A stretch of DNA of 53,602 bases, counting the filler, from Sphacelaria rigidula (Eukaryota): NCBI GenBank assembly GCA_964200075.2. It is 4 parts of 4 records of this genome, joined end to end, with 100 filler letters (N's around TTAATTAATTAA, not from the genome) between each part and the next. Parts side by side here need not be neighbours in the genome. Positions count along the whole stretch, not along the records: positions 13,428 to 26,753 come from CAXNAA020002961.1; positions 26,854 to 40,178 come from CAXNAA020002962.1; 2 more parts are not named here. The stretch is one strand, 5' to 3'. Under the pieces are notes generated by a model that had not been told where the DNA came from, did no database searches, and worked only from the letters and a program-made list of their open reading frames with translations. This document shows, in pieces, positions 24,891 through 37,183 of this stretch (positions within the stretch are counted from its first letter, which is position 1; every line of letters starts with the position of its first letter). The position numbers and the translations under genes were made by a program.

Positions 24891-25541
24891 CAGGTACCCG
24901 AGTAGTGAAAGCGTCACTCCTCGCTCCATGGAATATCCAACATATTCACATCCAAGAATTGAAGAAATCATCACCGGAGTACTGTGCAGATAGCGGAATG
25001 GTTTTTCAATATGAACACAGCAGCAGCAGCAGCAGCTACAGCAACAAAAAAAATAACAACTACTACAACAATGTGCAGCCAACCACTCAATGATCGAGTG
25101 ATTTCAAATGCCCACCCAAGAACTAAGTAGTTTTTTTTAAATTAGGGATCAACCGGAGCTACTCTGCTTTTGAAACAAAGGGCCCAAACGTCTATGAAGC
25201 AACACTGGGATCAGTCTGAGACCTTATCTCTACGAGTATGACTGCGAGCCTCACCTCGGAACAATAGTTTGTCTGACAATTAGGGTCGGGCTCATAGCAC
25301 TCACGGCCTAGAACCCGTGTCTAGTGGATCTTTCGAAACTGGTTCCGTAACCGTCCCATGAAAGTAGCGCGCGTTAGTCCATGCCTCCGGTGAAACAGTT
25401 CACTCGAAACCATGCGCACCACAATGAAGATGTGTAACCGTCTGTTGGTTGGCCGATTCCCGAAGAGTGTTGGCCGGCAAGGCTTGTTTATGAGCGTTGC
25501 CCCCCACACACGTGGGCGTGCATTTCTCGCTATTAATAGTG

Positions 25542-25800
25542 GGGTGATGCTACGGTAGGGGTGCCCGAATATTTTCTGAGGTTAGAATTGGCAGGAGCCC
25601 TCTATATGTAGTCCAAAACACGACTCACAATATATGTGAGAGTACGCCAGGGTTACTATTCCAATTTGCTAGGGACATCCCGAATGGGTTTGCGAACGGG
25701 GATGTCCTGGCCCATACTGTTGTGCATCTAGAAATCGTTAGGAGCCCCTGAACCAGACAAAATTTTGCGCATAAAGTGCACCCCTACCGCAGCGTCGCTC
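25542..25800. mobile_element. MITE family B (GRG...CTC termini, 4-bp TSD; Sola-like)
   Basis: TIR GGGTGATGCTACGGTAGGGGTGC / GCACCCCTACCGCAGCGTCGCTC; AGTG duplicated on both sides. Confidence 0.8.
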
Positions 25801-26753
25801 AGTGTGTGTGTTTTTTTGTATTGTTTACACCCACACCGCTCGTTTACACGATTGAAATGGGTGCTGATCCCAGCAATAGCTTGACATCTATAATATGCAG
25901 TTAGTTGACGCAATGCTTCTCACAAAGGACAAACGGGACATCAAAGTCGGATCGAACGTCTCTTGAGCAACCATGGATTGTGACCATGTTTCAAGTACGA
26001 CGTGGGCTAGAAGGTTGGCACGTCTGCTGTGGACAATGGTTCTTACCCACGCTTTTCTTGTGCCCCAAGCCTTTTTCTCTTCTTTCTTAAACCGCGTTCG
26101 TGCAGTAAGGAGTGTGCCCAAGTAGCGTGCATTCCCGTGCTCTGATTGACGCACCGCCTGTTTTCTGGAACGGTGGCACGCGCGAACCGTTCCTCGTGTT
26201 TCTTCGCCGCCGGTCGTGTTTCCTGTCACGTCTCGTACATGTTATATGGGTGTAGGCGTTTTTGGTAGTTTTTCCCCTTGCCTTCCTTCACTCGTGCACA
26301 AAACATTTTTTTTTTCTTCTGGTGCTTTGTACCCTCTCGTTTCCTGTAATCACCTTATTCAGTGAACCAGAAAACGTGCCGTACTGTGAAAAGGTGATTC
26401 CTTGACAGACATTGGTGGGGATCTGTCCCTTCTGTGTGGTGGTTCCCACATCACCCCCCCCCCCTCCCTTTCCATGAACGTCTTTGAGGCTTTGTAGGAG
26501 TAACCTTTTACGCCGGCTAGCGGGTGGAACCTTGCCTTTCAAGTCACGTAGTTTCCACGTGTATTGAACCATCCAACCGACCATCGCCGCCTTCGATTTT
26601 CCGTGAGGTGTAAACATTGCAAGGGTCGGACAAATGATGATTCGTCTGGAAATTACTTGGTTTTTGTATGATGAGTCGACTCGTGACGAATCAATCCCTA
26701 GCCTTTATTTCAGCGTTGCAACGCAGGTACACGCAGCCCAGACACGTGGAATG

Positions 26754-26853
26754 NNNNNNNNNNNNNNNNNNNNNNNNNNNNNNNNNNNNNNNNNNNNTTA
26801 ATTAATTAANNNNNNNNNNNNNNNNNNNNNNNNNNNNNNNNNNNNNNNNNNNN
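26754..26853. other. Artificial contig linker
   Basis: Identical 100-bp linker. Confidence 0.98.
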
Positions 26854-26964
26854 ATAAAATGGCTCACTTAAAGCGAATGATCAAAGCCACTCTCAATCGT
26901 ATCATCTACTCTCGATCTCACGAAAACACTTATTAATGTGCATGGAATTTGCGCAGCAGAAGAA

Positions 26965-27170
26965 GCTGTTCGATATATATCCTTTTTTCTCTAATTTCAA
27001 AAACGGGCGAAAAAAGGATCGATCTTGAACAGCTTTTCTGCTGTTCGAAATAAATCCCTTTTTGACTTATTTCAAAAATGGGCGAAAAAAGGATCTGTTT
27101 TGAATGGCTTGTCCTGCTGTCCAAAATAACTTCCTTTTCGCTCGATTCAAATCGGGTGAAGAGGAATTTA
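26965..27170. repeat. ~72-bp tandem repeat, about 3 copies
   Basis: TTTCAAAAA.GGGCGAAAAAAGGATC...CTGCTGT.C.AAATAA repeated. Confidence 0.65.
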
Positions 27171-27391
27171 CCTCGGACAGGAGGGCAAGCTATTATTGAA
27201 AATATATAAATTTACAGATTTTGTACCAAAATATTTGGACTTGAAAAAAAAAACGTCAGGGTTTTTTGCCAAAACACTACCACATGACTGTGCAGGGCTT
27301 TGCCGACAAGCCTACACAGGGCTGTAAACCCAACCCTGGGGAAAACCCCATCAAAACGCTACGAGGGGTACAGGTTTGAATTTTCACTGTC

Positions 27392-27650
27392 GAGTGATGC
27401 TGCGATATTGTCAGCACTTTTATGGCCTGAGAGTAGAATTGTTAGGGACCCTTTATCTCATCCAAAACACGACTTTCGAAATAGGTGAGAGTACGCCAGG
27501 GTTTTTCTTCCAATTTGCTGGGGGTATCCCGAATGAATTTGCAAACGGGGATATCCTGACCCATATTCTTGTGTAGTTCCTAATTGTTAAGAACCCCTGA
27601 ATCAGGCCGGTTTTGGCCCCAAAAATGCAGACCCTATCGCAGCATAACTC
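27392..27650. mobile_element. MITE family B copy
   Basis: Internal sequence homologous to 25542-25800; GAG...CTC ends; TGTC duplicated on both sides. Confidence 0.8.
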
Positions 27651-28446
27651 TGTCAGGGTTTTTTCACAAAGACTGTGGAGGACCCTGCACGGACATTGCA
27701 CAGTGCGCCCCACAGGGTGCTATCTGTCCACGGGTGCAGGGGAAAACAAGTGATACGTACTCGTACTGAAATGCTGCAGTATACTGATACAACATGAGGG
27801 TAACAATACGCAAACACATCATCGATTGAAAGTGGGGAGGAGGAAATAATATACCAGGTGCATGGGTATTGTCGCACGTCGAAACGCGGACCGCCTCCCG
27901 CACGAGAAGAAGAAGGAGAAGCAGCAGCAGCAGCAGCAGCAGCTGCAGCAGCAGCATCTTTACTGCCAGTAAATGTGTACAGTTGGGGGTGGTTCTGAAT
28001 CAGGCGGTGCCGATGCTGCTGCTGCTGCTGCTGCTGCTGCTACTCTTGATCGAAAACGGTCTGCATTTCGACTGTGCGACAACACCCACGCACCTGACAA
28101 GTGATAGCGACTGTGCTGGACAGCGCTGGTACGTACTACCCGCCGATGGGTTCATGCTTGCTTACTCGGCAAGGTTCTGGCAGATATAGCTGTGCGCATC
28201 TCTCTGTGGGAGCTGTGCACGTGGAGTGTGTCTCCCACGCGTGGGTACTGCTGGTGGTGGCGTGGAACCCAGCGTGGCTACTGCTAGCGATGGGATCCCA
28301 ACTGTCTGTCCCGTGAACAGCCCAACATCCCACGCTTTGCAACCACGCGTGCTCCTAGCTTGAAAAAACCCTGCATATTTTAATTTTTGAAAGTGAATTT
28401 CCTTTGGGACCTGATATCCCTGGTAGTCGTTCTAACTCAAGCAGTA

Positions 28447-28883
28447 GACTTCACCACTTGGTGGTTCAAGATAGTTCTCGGAAATTTATGGCTTGTGGAC
28501 AGGTGCAGTATTGGACTTGAGTCTTGGATTTGAGTCTTGACACCGAAATCTGGATTTTTTACCCTTTGACCCCCAAGGTGGGTCACCCGCTGAATGGGCG
28601 TCAATATTCACTTGAAAATATTATGCATGATCCAGATGGAACACCCTGCTCTTGGCGTGCTCCTAGTGTGCGCAGAACGAGTTGCGCGTGGGGCGCCGAT
28701 TTGAGGTCTGGCAACGCATACTTCGTCTACGGATCACGCCGCACCCCCCGTGCCCGAGGATTTTCGGTATGTCTTCGTTGGGATTGGGGTTAGCGTTAGG
28801 ATTAGTGTTCTTCGAAATGCATCAGCACCTGCAAAAATCATCAATTTCCGAGGAATATCTGTCAACCACCAAGTGGTGAAGTC
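28447..28883. mobile_element. TIR element (~55-bp TIR) with telomere-like GGGTTAG subterminal motif
   Basis: GACTTCACCACTTGGTGGTT... vs ...AACCACCAAGTGGTGAAGTC. The interior is homologous (inverted) to ~19020-19145 and carries a piggyBac-MITE fragment. Confidence 0.6.
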
Positions 28884-30107
28884 ACCTCGATTTTGAGTGT
28901 GATGTACATAATCCTTGTACATGGGCATGAAACGCTGGGCCGTGGCTCGGCTTCTCACTCAAGAGTTCGATTTGGAGGATGATACTAGGTAGGCAGCGGC
29001 AACTGCTGTGTGTCCAGGTGCCCCTTGGAGCAGGATGCGTTTGGTGTCCGTTTGACGGAAGTTATCCCCCCAAAAACGAAATCGATACGGGTTTTAGACT
29101 GGAAAAATCTAGCATAAAAACTATCGCAAGGATCCGATCGCAAGAATCACGTCGCATGAATCACGACGCAAAAACGGAGTCGCAAAAAACCTCTTAGTCG
29201 GATTTTCACCGGCAACAGAAACCAACTTCACTCTGTGAAATTGGAATTATGAACCACCTGAACCGAAGACGGTCGATTTGACGGCCACCTGTCACACGGA
29301 TGACACATCGGTGCCATTTCCTCAGTATCATTATACAGACTGGTTCACGCTTATCTACCTGAAAACACTCCTGCGCAAAACTTCACGCAGTTTCTAGGAT
29401 TTAGATCCTGGACTTTTGCACATTTTTTTATGGTTCATTACGAAATTTCGAAGATTCAGGTTTATTTACTTTCTGACTTTCTCTACCGTTTGCCGGGAGG
29501 GGCAAGATTTTTTGCGGAACTTAGATCCCGTCGATCTCCCGAAAAACGGTGAAAAAGACGAAAAGTGAAAACACCCGCAGTACAGAGCAGCAGTAGTGGC
29601 GACAACGCCTACTACACTCGAGGCGCTTGATCGTTCATGAGCTCATCGTCCTCGGCCCCTGTCTGTACTTGCGTCATTCGACACTGGTACGTTCGATTCA
29701 TGCCGTACGAATGACAGACAAAATGTTCGTCAGAATGGGAGTGTAGCTATTGATTGAGAGTTAGCTATTGATAGAAACACGTACTTTTAATATGTTCCTA
29801 TAAAAAGGTGAAGCACTGACGCTTGAAAAATTGAGATGTAGCGATGCCGATTTGACAAATCGCCTACCCTAGCGGTCAAAGGGCTACTTCGAATGACGTG
29901 CATCGGTGCACGGAATGCTTCCGAAAGCGAAAGCAAATCTTCAAAGCGTGACGGTGTCACTGATCACAGACTGCCATTGGAAAGGCCGTCCGTACGTCAG
30001 TGTCTCGATCGATCCACATCTTTTGTCAGCAGCACCACAGGTAAGTATGCGCGCACGATCAACCTTCATACCCCGTTGCCTCTTTGACGCTCAGACCGTT
30101 GCAACAA

Positions 30108-33100
30108 TTAGGCGGCTTGAATGGCCAGCTCCGCTTCGCTGACAAAGAGAGCGTGAAATCCCATGGGTACTCGGGCAGGCAACATCACCACGGCTACAGG
30201 CTCCTGCGCCATCGTCTTCGCATCCCACACCCGTAGCTCTGTTGTTGGCCCAACCGCCACCATGCCACGCGAAAACAGGGATCACAACGAAGTTACAGTC
30301 ACAAGCAATACACAAAGAACGGAGAGGGTGAAGCATAATGCGTTGATTTGCAGGAGATCACGGTTTCCACCTGGCATGATTGAGCATATTTCGTGTCGTG
30401 ACAACCTGAAAGCACATATTGAGTCCATTGAGGGTACAGCAAAAATCACAAGTAGGAACAAATGAACCCCCGGTGAGCCAGAAGGTGGAGAGGAGACGCG
30501 CTTCGTATACCGTTAGAATTCAAACAAAATATACCCTGCCAGATGAAAGGACTTAGTGGCAACAAAACTAGTAAGTAGAAACAAGAAAAACCAATAAAAA
30601 AACGAGACAGAGGAAAATAATCAAAACATCACTACGAACAACACGGGATACACCACCATAAACCAAGGTGAAAAAAAGTAGATCAAACGAGAAGGTCCAG
30701 CACACAGGCTCAGAAGGCTCCATGCCAGAGTTTCCCGCTCCAAGGGCGCTTTTTAAACCCCCTGCGATCAATTTCCACTCGGTCACTGAACGAATACCCC
30801 AGCATTCAACACGGCATCGATGATTAACAAAGCAGGCTCCCACCAGGGGCGGTGGTACCCTCCTTTCGGCGACGATCGTCGTGGATATGGCTAGTTTCTA
30901 CTGTCGTTGAGAGACACCCTCTTCAGATCATCTGCTACAGCTGTTGGTGCTTTCCTCGTTACATATCATCCCCCTTGTTGCCTGTTCCCAGGAAAGGTGG
31001 ACCCGCGCGACGGCACAGCGTGTTCGCCCTCGGCGTCTCACGCCCTCGGTGCCTCACGCTGCTAGTGACGACAAATCCATCAATAGGGTACTGCAGATGA
31101 TGCGCTTGTGACGATCGAAATCCGGACGTGTAGCTTGCCCCACTAAACCACACTGCTGACTGCTCTGGTAGTGTGCATACCGTACGATACTGCCTATTAT
31201 CTGTATGGTCAGGATGAACGTTGCTTTGCACGTCACGCATCCATATGTCCCATTCATACGATATTTTCCTCCATGGCACCTAGATACTCGAAGTGTTGTA
31301 CTGTTGGACGCAGTAAGGTACACAAGCAAACCTCACACAGGGCGATTGACGCAGGAGGCCTGTGACCACCAAGTCGGTTTACTCTTGGCCGAATCTTGGT
31401 GTACCCCATCTTAGCTCAACGTCCGGGGGGGTGAGGTGCCGATTCCTCCGTCTCCTACCACCCAAAAAACAAACCCGAAGCCAACATTGAACATACTTCC
31501 CAAAACAGCGCATAAGTTGCCACCACCGAGTACAGACACCAAATATCCAACGTACCCGAAGTGCCTCCATTCCTGGGACTGACGAAAGTGGCCAAGAAGC
31601 CATCGTCTTCCTCTGACCCTTCTGCCGAGACCCCTGGCTTGGCCGGGATGAACACAGCCTCCCCACCGACCCACCCCTCACCGTGGTCGACCCGGCCAAT
31701 CACTGCCGTTTCAGGGCTAGCTGCCTGTTGAAATCCATTGAGGAGAGGGGGTAGTAGTCAGGAAAGTAAATGAGTTATACTTTTTGCGGGTTTGCCACGA
31801 CTACAAGTGCAATGCCGACTCTACAACTTATGTGACCCACCCACTCCCACAACAGCTGAGAAAATCGAACATCCAAAGTTGTAGTTTCTACTTTTCCATC
31901 TGAGCAACGTCAGTACGTGCGTTTCCGAGCATATATTTTTGTTGTGCAATTTTCCTTGACCTGGGCAAGAGCGCACGGGCTCGGACGCACGCACCAGCCC
32001 TTTGGCGCACCCATACAACTCGACCGTAACTTCCAGACAAACAGCTCACACTCAACACACGTACAAACGTATCGCGCGTGCGCATGTGCCGTTTTCCCCC
32101 AAAAAATACACCGCAAAATGCCCTTTCCACACACAAAACAAAGCGCACTCACGAAACTTTGCCTACCAAAACCAAACCCAAAACCAATACCAGCACCAGC
32201 ACCAATACACACACACATACCCGAAGGTCTAGCTTGACAAGACCGGTAGAAGATCCGAAGGTATCGACGACAACCGCGTAGCCGAAGCGAGTCTGACGGC
32301 CGAGCAGAGACTGACGAATCTGGGGAAATTCCAGAAATAATGTAGGGGGAGAAGGCAGAAGCCGCCTTCGGGTGGCTTCACCAGTGACCATGTTGAGCGT
32401 TGTTTCTACTGGGGTAGCCCTTTGATCTGGGAGCAGACACGAGCACATGAGACGAACGCAACGGGCGCGTGAGCATCCGTGCGCGCGTGCGGAGGGGGGG
32501 CTTATGGTTGCGGATTTCATATTCGCAGAGGGAAATCGCGCTAGAAGCTGTGATGCTTGTTCTGTGAAGAGAAAACGATCGCAACCTCTGCTCTTAAGTC
32601 GCGCCACACCCTACGATCCAACGAGACATTCGAAGCATGTCGTGAAAAGCTGGACATCTGGCGACAATTCAGCCTGCTCGCGAGGAGAGGCTTTCTGTGA
32701 AGCAATGGTACATCTCATCTTCGACCACTAGTACTCCACAAATTACTCCTCGTCACACGATTGAAATCTTCGCGACGCAAAGCGATAGCACTCCCCTCAC
32801 ACTCGTGCAGGTGGTCCCTAGTGCGAAATATACGCGGCTTCGGATATCGATCTTGAAAAATATGCGAGAACGAAATCTTGAGTAAGTACAACTACTCGGA
32901 AAACACTGGCCTACACACAGTACCTAAAACAAAGACAGTCAGGGATACACTCATTTACTCGCGTGCCGTCAGTGTTCGACCATCTCCCACGCGTCTTCGA
33001 TGGGATAAATCATGGTTCCTACAAGTGCCGTCACCGATGGCCAATGGCGATCACGACACAGGAAAAAGTCTGGGTAAGTGCGAGAGGAGTAAAACTACCA

Positions 33101-34784
33101 AGGTTCAAATCACAGTGCCGCGGAACAGGGGACCTGTGAAGTCACGGTGGGGTTTGTGCGCAAATTATCATGAGCATGTGTATAGTATTGCATCGACATT
33201 TTCTATTTATTTTTCTGTGCTACAGACTCTCACTTCATGATCAAGCTCACAGCGCCCGAGTCACATGGTACAGGGTGAATAAAAAATAGGAACCCGATCA
33301 CTACAACAAGATATCAACTGTCGGAAGCAACCGATGCACAACACGAGCGGCGTATGAGCACGGTAGCTACGGCGTCAGTCTCCTCCTCCCGTACAGGAGT
33401 ACACACCCAGCAGATGATTAAGCAGTAGGCAGTGTACCATTTATGCGGTAGATATGACTCTTCCTCGGTCAGACAGCAATATCTTTCCATGTCCAACAAC
33501 TGCAGGTAAGACGAGCCCTTTCGGGCAGATCCATGCTCTGTCACTGTAGGAACGGTCTTTGCCGTGTCAACGTGGTCACTAGGTAGGTGCCTGTTCTGCG
33601 ACGGCATGTTTGTCACTTGCAAACTCGCATCGTTGTTATGGTACTTTGTTTCGACGCTGGTATCGGTGCCATGCACAGCACCGCCAGTAAAGTACTTCAT
33701 GTCGGCAACCGGCATAGCACCAAGGGTGTCGACCGCGGAACTTGGTATAGGGTCTGTACAAAAGTAGTATTTGAGGCTAGACATCTACTTCCAAAGCATA
33801 GGGTTGTATTGTAAGGGCGTAATGTCACGTAGCCACGGGAACCTCTGTAGGATATACTCTTGCAAGCCTGGCTGGACGTCTCCTTGCCTCACATAGCACC
33901 AAGTGTACACATATTGCTCTTCGTCGCTTACCAGGGTTGTTTGCGAGGTCGCCGCTGACCAGGTCGAACTTGAGGTCGTAGTAGTCGCAGGAGATTATCT
34001 TGATCAGCTTGCCGTCATCTTCTTCGAAGGCGTTCAGCACGTGGAACGTATAAAACGTCTGACGAGAAGGGTTGCAGAAACGAACCGGCAGTGACAAGAC
34101 CCGTCCAATTATCATATTTATCCGGTCAGGATGAACAAACACGAACAAAAGTGCTTCCAATGCGTGTGCCTATGGCGTGACGGCGACATTCGTTGTTCTT
34201 TGCTTGTTTTCGGCAGATGACCCCGTTCAACCTCTCCCACTCTCGTACTTGACACGAGAACACAAGTTGGCTTTGTTGGACACACACTTGAGCATAGGCA
34301 GGCAGAGACCGCCACCCACTTGTCTTGGCAAACACCCTCTTTCACTCTGCTACCGGTGGCGACTAAAGTACCGTTCGATGAAAACGGACATGTTTTTTAA
34401 GTCAGAGTGCAAGGACACGACGGGTGCCCGCCTGGTGTACAACGGCAGAATCTAGAGACGTGGCCTCCTTCGCGACCACGGCGCATCATGAACACGAAAC
34501 AGGCCTATAACAGAAGAAAAAAACTTGTTCCGAGAACGCTGCGTATATTATAGATATTGACATTATTATGCACTGAATAAAAGGCTTGGTTCAGTGCAGA
34601 TCGAAAACAATGTCCTTCATACGCGAGGAACATTCATCCTGGCCTACCGTACGTGCCCATGAAGCCCGCACTTCTACGCAGAACGTAGGCAATCAAGTAC
34701 AGTATTGCTCAACTCTTCACCTCTGGAAGGACGAACCACTTCATGTCTGAGCTATCCGTGGCATCGATGGGAAGCACGGCCATC
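30108..34784 (-). CDS. Carotenoid cleavage oxygenase (RPE65/CCD/NCED family), 3' five exons; N-terminal exons not found
   Basis: In-phase GT-AG exons 34784-34721 ([21 protein letters not shown]), 34058-33932 ([17 protein letters not shown]...), 32426-32221 (...[21 protein letters not shown]...GLVKLDLR), 31724-31556 (...[11 protein letters not shown]...[11 protein letters not shown]) and 30238-30108 (LRVWDAKTM...[24 protein letters not shown]). FH.xNA, EFP.I, GEAVF.P, EDDG and RVP.GFH are CCD motifs and include two of the four Fe-binding His. Confidence 0.92.
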
Positions 34785-35593
34785 CTGGAACCCGTTACAC
34801 AGCACGCACAACAACACCCGGAATTAGGTAGCATATCACCCATGAGAAATATCATAATATAACCAGACGCGCCCCACCAAGCACACAGAAAATAATACGC
34901 CGTTCATCCACAAGCACACAGAAACGGGGCGGGGGGGGGGGGGAGGGGGGGACTGTCGCATGGAATGGGCGACTCGAGGAATCGGATACACGAAACATGT
35001 TCTCGAAAGCCAGAGATCGGTACCACCTTTCCGCCCGCTATAACGGGGTCAAAGTAAGGGCGAAAAAATGCCACGACAACATCACAGAAACGTAATTGGC
35101 GAAGACGGTATGCTCACCGGCAATAGTGTCGGCTGTACAACAGTATAACGTGAAGCGATGCGGGGCTGATGCACCATATATACATTATCGGTACCTGACT
35201 CGGAGGCACGTAAAATCTTGTTTGGGTGAAAATTGTACGCGAACCCTCCACTTTCCCCCCTTATCGGGACACGTGAGCCAAATCTCAAGGGATCGAAGTA
35301 GGGACGATCCCTGGACCGGAACGATTGTTCGAACAACCGCGCGGCAAAAATATCCTGAACGTTTAAGTGGGTGGGAGAAGCCTGCACATGACCCTATATT
35401 CGAACCGGGCAGAAGTCCCACGAGGCATGTTCGAAGCGGACGGCAAGAGTGAGAATATCGTAGTATCGTCTCTGAGGCGGGATATAGCCTCACATGACCA
35501 TCTTCAGATGGGCAACATCCTCGCAAGATCACCTTTGGACTGGGCAACAATCTCACATGTACACTTTCGAAGAGGACGACCGAAGAAGAGTCC

Positions 35594-35996
35594 GGATCCG
35601 TTTTTGAGGTTCATTATCTGGGTGAGTTTTAACTCGAAAACGGTGCTTCCCCTGACCTAAAGTCATGACCAATGAATTCCATACGGACGACCTCATGCCC
35701 CCCGACTTCTTGAAACTTCATGAGGGGTTGCCCGTCTTCCGTGCCCCCAAAGCGTATGTGTGAAAGCACCTTTTTGCCCCGATATCAGGGCGAAAAGGGG
35801 ACGTTTTTAGCCCGAAATGGGGGCTTTCTCCTATACGCTTTGGGGCGCGGAAGACGGGCGACCCCCACAAATGTTTTCAAGGAGGTCGGGGGGGATGGGA
35901 TCGTCCATATGAAATTCATCGGTCATGACTCTAGGTCAGGGATTCACTGTTTTCGAGGTGAAACTCACCAAAATGTTGAACCTCGAAAACGGATCC
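35594..35996. repeat. Foldback element with ~180-bp arms
   Basis: GGATCCGTTTTTGAGGTTCA...CCCAAAGCGTAT is mirrored by ATACGCTTTGGGG...TGAACCTCGAAAACGGATCC. Confidence 0.8.
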
Positions 35997-36047
35997 AGGC
36001 TGTCAAAAAGCAATCCCCACATCGAGGAGTGGCGTATCTGTGCCGCC

Positions 36048-36365
36048 GCGCCACGGTGGTCTAATGTGTGGTTCGAGTATCAGCATCAGGGTGGAGCGAA
36101 CGCAGGTTCGATTCCCGACGCGTTTGGGTTTTCTTCGAAGTATCTGATTTCCACCGTCAAAAGCGTACGTACGTGAGTAAACGAAAGCAGTCGACTGAGT
36201 TTGTTTGACGAAAGTTGACGCGGTGCGGGAGTGTTTGTCGTGATCCATCCAATCCGCGAGATCACATCGCAAGGTTTGTACAGGAAAGAGATCGATGGCT
36301 TGATCTTGTGAGACCACGGACTCGTGCCGAGGAGGGGGGGGGGGTTGACGTGTGACAAATAAATA
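36048..36365 (+). mobile_element. tRNA-derived SINE family S2
   Basis: GGTGGTCTAATG A-box-like and GGTTCGATTCC B box. The body is shared with 11489-11845 (+) and 5420-5730 (-, inside a RUS1 intron). Confidence 0.7.
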
Positions 36366-37045
36366 GTACGCACTTGTTTGTGTCGTCATCCCATCTATTC
36401 TGCACGCCAGTCTACACTTTTCGGCACATGTGGGCGCAACAGCCGGTATCATACAGGAGGAAGGCCAGCCCAGGAGGTTTTTTTCTCAACAGCGGATGAT
36501 AATGACAATATTATCTTCCACTTTCGGTACCACACCTAAAATGATCTTATAATCCCAGAGTTTTGTGGGGAGGGGGGGAGGGGGTTCTAAATCCAAGTAA
36601 ATATAGGCTACCAGACGTGGTCAGACCACTGAAAATGACGTTGTTTCACGCCTTGAACGTACGTTCCCGGAGTCCAAGCAACGAGATGAAAATTGTTGTC
36701 GAGGATTTGGTACGAGTTGACCGCGAGTCAGAACTGTTGAGATGATGTGGCCATCAAAAACATCAGTGAGGTGCCTGGGTTGTGGAGTCTCTTAGAGACC
36801 GCGCAGCACCCTAAAGGTGGGATCTAGGAAAAGCTGATCTCACCTAACCTGTCCTTTTTGTGGGTGGGATTACTCCTGCAGCTCATGAGCGGCTTAGAGA
36901 CAGGCCTTCATACTGCTTCCATAGTACGTTTCGGACTAACTGTATTATTGTTTGATAAAGCCAAAACATGACTAGGGAGGGGAAGGGTTGCGGGTGTGCC
37001 GAAACTGAAGGATACATACAACTCCTCACCCGCGCCACAATCTTT

Positions 37046-37183
37046 CACACCCTGGACAATGAATTCTATCGTCAAGAATTGTACTGCGCACAGTATGGGA
37101 TCTATTGTAAGTTGCAATAGCCGCGACAGTCGATACTGCACGCAGTACACTTTTTGACAGTGTATTCTATTGTCCAGGCTGTG
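37046..37183. mobile_element. hAT-type MITE family C copy
   Basis: Same TIR with a perfect 8-bp TSD CAATCTTT. Another older copy lies at 19693-19836. Confidence 0.85.

Noticed and set aside
33314..33784. 156-aa ORF inside a CCD intron
   Set aside because: The flanking CCD exons join in phase without it, and it has no recognisable motif.
2218..34784. RUS1 plus carotenoid oxygenase as a light/UV-response gene cluster
   Set aside because: The genes are on different, unlinked contigs.
36048..36125. tRNA genes at GGTTCGA(A/T)TCC motifs (also ~5660, ~8450, ~11540, ~24430, ~39210)
   Set aside because: No convincing cloverleaf; most continue into a shared repeat body, so they are SINE heads.
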